Shown: positions 58,901-64,000 of the stretch, one piece after another
Layout of the letters: every line of letters begins with the position of its first letter
How positions within the stretch are numbered: position 1 is the first letter of the stretch
Source: an uncultured Chthonomonadaceae bacterium
GTDB taxonomy: Bacteria; Armatimonadota; Chthonomonadetes; Chthonomonadales; Chthonomonadaceae
Direction: 5' to 3'
Assembly (NCBI GenBank): GCA_963835065.1
Contig: CAWIEK010000033.1
Span: 25,184-89,183, forward strand
DNA: 64,000 bases
Position numbers and translations under genes: made by a program
Notes under the pieces: model-generated
Database searches by the model: none
The model's input: only the letters and a program-made list of their open reading frames with translations
What the model was told of the DNA's origin: nothing

Positions 58901-58910
58901 GTACCACTGT

Positions 58911-58938
58911 TTAGACGGCTGTGTGAGGCAAAGGGTTC
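58911..58938 (-). promoter_or_regulatory. ECF-sigma-type promoter, copy 2
   Basis: GAACC-N16-CGTCTAA on the minus strand. Confidence 0.7.
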
Positions 58939-59317
58939 ATCTTTTTTGGCGTTACTTGGCTCTTTTTTGTGTCTTTTTACGGAATTATTTTTGCAGGATG
59001 GTTGCTGGATGGTTGCTGTTGGCGCTGCGCGGGAAACGGGGGCACTTGCTTTGGGGTTAGAAGTTTATCCTTCCCTGCGGCATAATAGGTGATACGGGTT
59101 TTATTTCGCCACTGTCTTCGACGGCGTTTCTCCTATTGCCTCTGGTCGTCTACATTTCTGACATGTAGCCATAAATCTAATTTTGCTGTTTTTGGCGTAT
59201 AATGGGAGCAGGAAATCCGCGCAACGGAGCAGGAAGCCCTCTGTTCGCCGTCAAAGAGATAACACCGTTTTTGAAACGCACACAAGACGCCCTCTTAAAA
59301 TGTGGAGAAGAGGAAGC

Positions 59318-59629
59318 ATGAGTCTGACACTGACACGCGAACAGGAAGCGAAACTGCTGCGCAAAGCGGCGCGGATGGGCAAGCCCGTCGAAGTGGTTCT
59401 GGAGGAACTTCTGGAGGAACAGGAACTACAAGCCCCAAGCGCTCGCCAACTCCTTGCCCTGCCAAAAGCGGAACGAGCGCGAATCCTCCGGGCGCAAGCA
59501 GAGCAGGCGGCGGCAGAGTATGAAACAGACCTGGCCCGTCCGGTGGCAGAGCGGGAACTGACCGCCTTTACGGCATTGGATGGCGAGGCGTTTTACGAGT
59601 ACCCGACCGAAGGAACGCCTCATGCCTGA
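59318..59629 (+). CDS. Putative antitoxin (partner apparently truncated)
   Basis: LTLTREQEAKL..AARMGKPVE; ELTAFTALDGE tail; overlapping ATG ORF stops after 14 codons. Confidence 0.65.
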   Translation: MSLTLTREQEAKLLRKAARMGKPVEVVLEELLEEQELQAPSARQLLALPKAERARILRAQAEQAAAEYETDLARPVAERELTAFTALDGEAFYEYPTEGTPHA

Positions 59630-59686
59630 GATACCGCAACCCTGCGGCTTTCCAACACCCAATTGAGAATACTGTAACCTTTCGAG

Positions 59687-60030
59687 CTACTCCTCAGTCT
59701 CTACATCTGCGGCTGTAATTTCGTCTCGCGCCCCATGCCAGATACGAAGTACCCGAACGCGAGGGCCTTCCTCAGACTGCTCTTGAATGTCAAAGATGAT
59801 CCGATATATTCCGCTTCACTTACCGTAAAGAAGCTGTCTAAGCGGTTGTCCGATTTCTGCGGCCTCCGAGATAAAAGGACAGCGCGCGGGCATCTCATCA
59901 AGGGTAAAGATCGCCTAAAAAATTCTTTCAGCCACTTCTCAGCGCTCCGGGGCGCAAGTTCCCGAATGTATTCGTAAGCGGCGTAAGCGTCGGCCTCTGC
60001 CGGCGCGGTGAGTTTAACCTTGTATGCCAT
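59687..60030 (-). pseudogene. RelE/ParE toxin pseudogene
   Basis: YKVKLTAPAEAD..; after a frameshift near 59915 it reads LDEMPARCP..LLYGK*SGIYRIIF..VLRIWHGAR with an in-frame TGA. Confidence 0.75.
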
Positions 60031-60301
60031 ACCTGGCTTTCATCTCCGCGTAGACTTGAGCCGCATCTTTTAGCTCGCCGCGCTCGGCAGAAGCAAGCCC
60101 TTCTCGAATGGCTGTAAGCGTCTCCATGTGCTGAAGACGCTCAACCATTTCTTGATAGCTTTCCGCGTCCTGGACAATTACCGCCGCTTTGCCGTTGACG
60201 GTAAGGACTTCCGGGGTCTTGGTTTCCTGCAATCGGGCGATATGAGACTTGTGATTCCGTAAAAAGTCTGTCAGTGAGTGAATGTTCCGAGTGTGGAGCA
60301 T
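60014..60301 (-). CDS. Phd/YefM antitoxin
   Basis: IHSLTDFLRN, PEVLTVNGKAAVIVQDAESYQ. Confidence 0.88.
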   Translation of the reverse strand: MLHTRNIHSLTDFLRNHKSHIARLQETKTPEVLTVNGKAAVIVQDAESYQEMVERLQHMETLTAIREGLASAERGELKDAAQVYAEMKARYGIQG

Positions 60302-60502
60302 GGTGTTCTCCTAATACAATTATCCGATAATTATAGGATACTATATTCGGTCCTCACATAAACTTGTTCGCAGGCTATTTGTTGTTGACATTGAACCGAA
60401 TTTCAACCATCCGCTTACGCTACGCCGCCTTTACCTGCGCCTTCAGTCGGGTAAACTGTGGGTGACACCAATCTGATCTGATAAGCAAGCAATGGAGTCG
60501 CC

Positions 60503-60771
60503 ATGAAATTTTTTACGATCCCGAAGTGGATGCCTTCAACCTGCGAATCTCCGACGCCCAAGTTGAGGACACGGACGAAGTAGCGCCTGGCATCATCGTG
60601 GATTATGATGAAAAGGGTGAAGTGATCAGCATTGAAATGCTGGACGTGAGCAAGCGTTTGGAACATGTTGAAGTGGAAATCCCCCGACTTTCCGTTTCAA
60701 GCTTCCCGATAGCACATTCTTCTACTGAAGACGCTGGGAACATGGCGGGGGTATATCCATCAATAAACTAG
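60503..60771 (+). CDS. DUF2283 protein (1-nt deletion near the start)
   Basis: YDPEVDA..I, EVAPGIIVDYDEKGEVISIE. Confidence 0.75.
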
Positions 60772-60964
60772 GCCGGAAATGTTTCAGCCGGATAAATTAG
60801 CGCTATAAATTCTTTATTGCATTTTGGTTTTCTACAGTGTTTTTCCTGTCACCTGTTCATCTCCACGTTCCTGACAGGCATGATTGTCTTTGCGATAATG
60901 GGTTCCTTCCTCCTTCATTCCATTAATGTTGTAACCCGAATACATTTTGTTTCTGAACAGCACA

Positions 60965-60994
60965 AAACGCCCCGGATTAGTGCTGGTCCGGGGC
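60965..60994 (-). terminator. Intrinsic terminator
   Basis: gccccgga..tccggggc followed by GTTTT on the minus strand. Confidence 0.6.
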
Positions 60995-61135
60995 ATTGTC
61001 ACTTCAGGACATCCATTCTGCAATGAACCCCACTTGCTGCAAATCCAATTATGGAAAGTCAGTGTAGGGAGACGCAAATGCAGAGGCAACCCTGATCCAA
61101 CTCTCCATAATAAGCAGTGACAAGGAGATGATGTG

Positions 61136-61396
61136 TTAGTTCAAAATGCGGACGCCCGTTCGGATGGTTCCCGAACCACCACCTAGATCAATGACAAGAT
61201 GCCAGTGTCCCGTGTGCGGAACTGATATATTTATAGGGCTTCTTTTTGCCAGCCCACCGTGATAGTGGAATGACGCTCCGCTACGGTACTGGTAATAATC
61301 CATGTCACTCATCAACAAAACGTTCGCTTGCTGATCAAGAGAAACTTGGACAACCTGCCCACTAAGCAAATTGTATTCTTGGTGTAAGTAATTCAT
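61136..61396 (-). CDS. DUF1883 domain protein
   Basis: VQVSLDQQANVLLM, YHGGLAKRSP...VPHTGHWHLVIDLGG. Confidence 0.85.
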   Translation of the reverse strand: MNYLHQEYNLLSGQVVQVSLDQQANVLLMSDMDYYQYRSGASFHYHGGLAKRSPINISVPHTGHWHLVIDLGGGSGTIRTGVRILN

Positions 61397-61543
61397 CTGT
61401 TTTCACCTGTCTGTTGCAAATTCACTTCTTTTAATCAGTTTCGAGAAAAGAAATGAGGAAAGGTTAGCCATAGAAAGTTGTCTTTTTAGGCCGTTCGTAA
61501 TCTTGTCTTAAAGGCGCGTCATGTTGCTATTGCATCACCCCCT

Positions 61544-61828
61544 TTACTTGACCATAAGCAGGCCGTTCCAAGTTGAAGACGTGGTTTCGCTGAGGATTAC
61601 GCCGTACTTTCTCTGGGTTTTACTTGCGGCTCGCTCGGCTGAATCAAGAACTTGTTGAAGAGTGAGTGTGCAGATACGATAATACTCTGCAGTGGGCAGA
61701 TAATACCAAGTTCCATCGCTTTCTTGAATTAGTCGGGAGAAGCCTTCTGCCTCCATTGCTTTGTGAAGTGTTTCGTAATCCGAGTAGTTAGCGTTGTGGA
61801 GTTCCACACGGGTAATGAATCTTGCCAT
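61544..61828 (-). CDS. DUF2622/GhoS-like ferredoxin-fold protein
   Basis: FITRVELH..DYETLHKAME..GFSR..DG..Y.LPTAEY; RBS gaggag. Confidence 0.75.
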   Translation of the reverse strand: MARFITRVELHNANYSDYETLHKAMEAEGFSRLIQESDGTWYYLPTAEYYRICTLTLQQVLDSAERAASKTQRKYGVILSETTSSTWNGLLMVK

Positions 61829-61895
61829 TGATTTTGCTCTCCTCTATATTTAAATAGTGGATTGTTCGCACATCAGTACAGTGATGCTCACCTTA

Positions 61896-61942
61896 TATGT
61901 AATAGCGGAAGCGATATGGGGGACAATGTTCTGAAAATAATT
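61896..61942 (-). repeat. 47-bp repeated upstream motif, copy 1
   Basis: 42/47 identical to 63189-63235. Confidence 0.85.
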
Positions 61943-62145
61943 GTTGGTGCGAGAAAGTTCAGGGCTGTCGTTCGCCGGAATGAATTCCTGCGCTGCAAAG
62001 AACGATTTTCCTGCGGACAAATCCCACCCTGCGTGTTGTGCCTGCGCAACAGCCACTTGCTTTTTGCACAACGCCGAATGGACGACGCACGTAGCAATTT
62101 ACTGCGGCGCAACAGCCCAAAACGTTTTCGCGTCAACAAATAATT

Positions 62146-63141
62146 TTACGCCGCGCATAATTGCCGCGCTTTGTGGCGCAACCGTGCGGTCTGTTTCTTA
62201 ACGCTCTCTGTCCCAATGTTCAGCACTTCTGCTATTTCTATTCGCTCATAGTCTGCTGCCAGCAAATGTGCTATAAGTTGCTGTTGCTCTGACAAATTTT
62301 CGAGATAGAATCTTGCTTCTCCCCGTGCAATTGCGATTGCCTCCGGGTTGCAGCCAGGTTCTACTTCTATTACCTGATCCGTCAGATACTCATGCTTTGA
62401 TACATAAAATTGTTCCTGAATGCTGGAAGCGGCTAATTTCGGTAACTCTGTGAATTCAAGTTCCGCTTTGAGCAAGGCTGGTGTCATTGCTACGACCTCT
62501 CCAATTAACTCTGACACCAGAGCCGCAGGTGAAGCCAGATCAGGGCGAGCCTTATGTAATGCTCTTTCCAGTTCTGGATAGACGGCTATATTGGCTGCCG
62601 TAAAGCCTACCAGTGCGAAATAGGTCATCTCAACACCTGCCGTGTACTGCCGAAGTGCTTGAGAATCATTGCTGATGAAGGAGATTTGTGGGATGAAGTA
62701 ATGTTTGAAAAAGGTATGGAAAATTGAACTGCCGAAAAGTTGGCAGACACGCCAATATGACTGGCAATAACTTTGTTGTCCTTGATGACTGCGGCGAATC
62801 TGCTCCCTGACAAACACTACATATTCATCCCAGAAGCGAACGCCGACAAGTTGATACATCGGACAGTCTTTTCCGCGATCTCCAATAAAGTAGGATTGCA
62901 CGGCTCCATGCTCTGCTTGTAGGCCATAACGCCGCCGCAAGTATCCAGCGTCTTCATCGCGATAGCGTCTGAGAGTATCATAGGTGCGGTTAAGCCATAG
63001 CCGAGCATCAATTTCACTGACGCTATGTTGTTTGACAGAACGCAGAGAACTTGCAGACAAGCAATTCCGCTTCATATCAATAAATGCCTGCCGCCAAGTC
63101 AGAAGGCGCAGGATTAAAAACGAAGGCTCCAAGTTCATCAC
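62146..63141 (-). CDS. Hypothetical protein with C-terminal sigma70 region 4/LuxR-like HTH
   Basis: LENLSEQQQLIAHLL..YERIEIAEVLNIGTESVKKQTARLRHK; low GC; start may be 63075. Confidence 0.65.
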   Translation of the reverse strand: MMNLEPSFLILRLLTWRQAFIDMKRNCLSASSLRSVKQHSVSEIDARLWLNRTYDTLRRYRDEDAGYLRRRYGLQAEHGAVQSYFIGDRGKDCPMYQLVGVRFWDEYVVFVREQIRRSHQGQQSYCQSYWRVCQLFGSSIFHTFFKHYFIPQISFISNDSQALRQYTAGVEMTYFALVGFTAANIAVYPELERALHKARPDLASPAALVSELIGEVVAMTPALLKAELEFTELPKLAASSIQEQFYVSKHEYLTDQVIEVEPGCNPEAIAIARGEARFYLENLSEQQQLIAHLLAADYERIEIAEVLNIGTESVKKQTARLRHKARQLCAA

Positions 63142-63188
63142 CCTTTCTAACTGCTCTTATAGAATAGGACAACGGCAGTTCTACCTAC

Positions 63189-63235
63189 TATGCAATGGCA
63201 AAAGCGATTTGGGGGACAATGTTCTGAAAATAATT
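63189..63235 (-). repeat. 47-bp repeated upstream motif, copy 2
   Basis: tatgcaatggcaaaagcgatttgggggacaatgttctgaaaataatt. Confidence 0.85.
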
Positions 63236-63529
63236 TAGAATTTTTGATCGTGAACGGCAACTTTATGGATTTTCACTTAGACGCGCTATCTGTAGCTAAA
63301 TTCTTGAACACCAACACTAAATAAACAAAATTAGATAGTCCAAAGTTCCCAAAGCACATTAATTGACGTAAAAGTATGCACTATACTTTGAAAGTTCATT
63401 TGGCTCTTGTGACTTGGGCAACAAGTATCCTAATTCTAATACAAACGGCCATTTGTTCAAAGGATGTTGCCCCTTTCGGGTAAACTGTAACCACTAAACA
63501 CTCTTTTCTGCTTTTGGTGGGGAACTCAA

Positions 63530-63949
63530 ATGGCAAGTACCTATCGTTACCGCGTCTTCAAATCGTCCTGGGGGATCGCCGTAGACCTCACTGCCAAAGC
63601 CGTAACCTGTACCGAAGGAGCGCTGCCAGTCACAGATAACCTCTATTTGCGCCTTGAAGATTTTCTGCCACTGACGGTAGACGAACCATCCTACCTTGTG
63701 CAAGGTCTGCGCCTGGTTGCCGCAAAACTTCAAGCGCTTGCTGCGCCCGATGTGCCTATTGTGATACATGTACTCGCTATTGAGTTCAATGAGTGTGATT
63801 ACCTGCCCGAAGGCTTGACCTGCGCGATAGCAGGTTGGGCCGCGCAAGAATATGGCTTTGAGCCGCCAGCCATGCAAGTAACCTTTGACCGTCAAGCCAA
63901 CCGCTACCACTTCGATTTTTCACAAAACAAACAAGACGCTTTGCCTTAA
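63530..63949 (+). CDS. Hypothetical protein
   Basis: ATG after gggga; compact 139-aa ORF. Confidence 0.65.
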   Translation: MASTYRYRVFKSSWGIAVDLTAKAVTCTEGALPVTDNLYLRLEDFLPLTVDEPSYLVQGLRLVAAKLQALAAPDVPIVIHVLAIEFNECDYLPEGLTCAIAGWAAQEYGFEPPAMQVTFDRQANRYHFDFSQNKQDALP

Positions 63950-64000
63950 CAGTGTCCAATCTTCGGTGTGCAGTACAACTGCTCCGTTGGATATGTCGGG

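Noticed and set aside
59600..60453. 14-bp inverted repeat (TACCCGACYGAAGG) around the phd-relE pair
   Set aside because: Short, one copy lies in coding sequence, and there is no transposase or target duplication; may be chance

Overview
Bacterial chromosomal window of roughly 60% GC by eye. It is most likely Armatimonadota (inferred from a DUF1559/H-X9-DG prepilin-like protein, a PEP-CTERM protein and the gene style). Housekeeping genes (purH with a ZMP/ZTP riboswitch, zwf, mnmE, an M16 peptidase, ndh, a type IB topoisomerase, rpoZ, dnaK-dnaJ-prmA-rsmE) are interleaved with accessory genes and toxin-antitoxin modules. Most notable observations: (1) a two-copy, ECF-promoter-driven structured non-coding leader with a conserved 8-9 codon uORF ending R-S-P-UGA-xx-UGA (41815-42095 + and 58712-58938 -); (2) an MNIO/DUF692 operon whose likely substrate is the Gly/Cys tail of a TIGR04222 membrane protein (2829-5429); (3) a 2.7 kb islet bounded by a 104-bp duplication of the M16 peptidase 3' end; (4) a NikR-divergent operon with a Cys-rich/PPP leader protein, a Met-rich DUF1559 protein and a Tat DJ-1 protein; (5) a sigma-region-4 protein with a duplicated 47-bp upstream motif; (6) a dense family of 7-9-mer tandem arrays that form inverted arms around genes and are even translated inside proteins. 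Many single-base frameshifts in conserved genes look like long-read errors. No rRNA, tRNA, CRISPR array or integrase was recognised.
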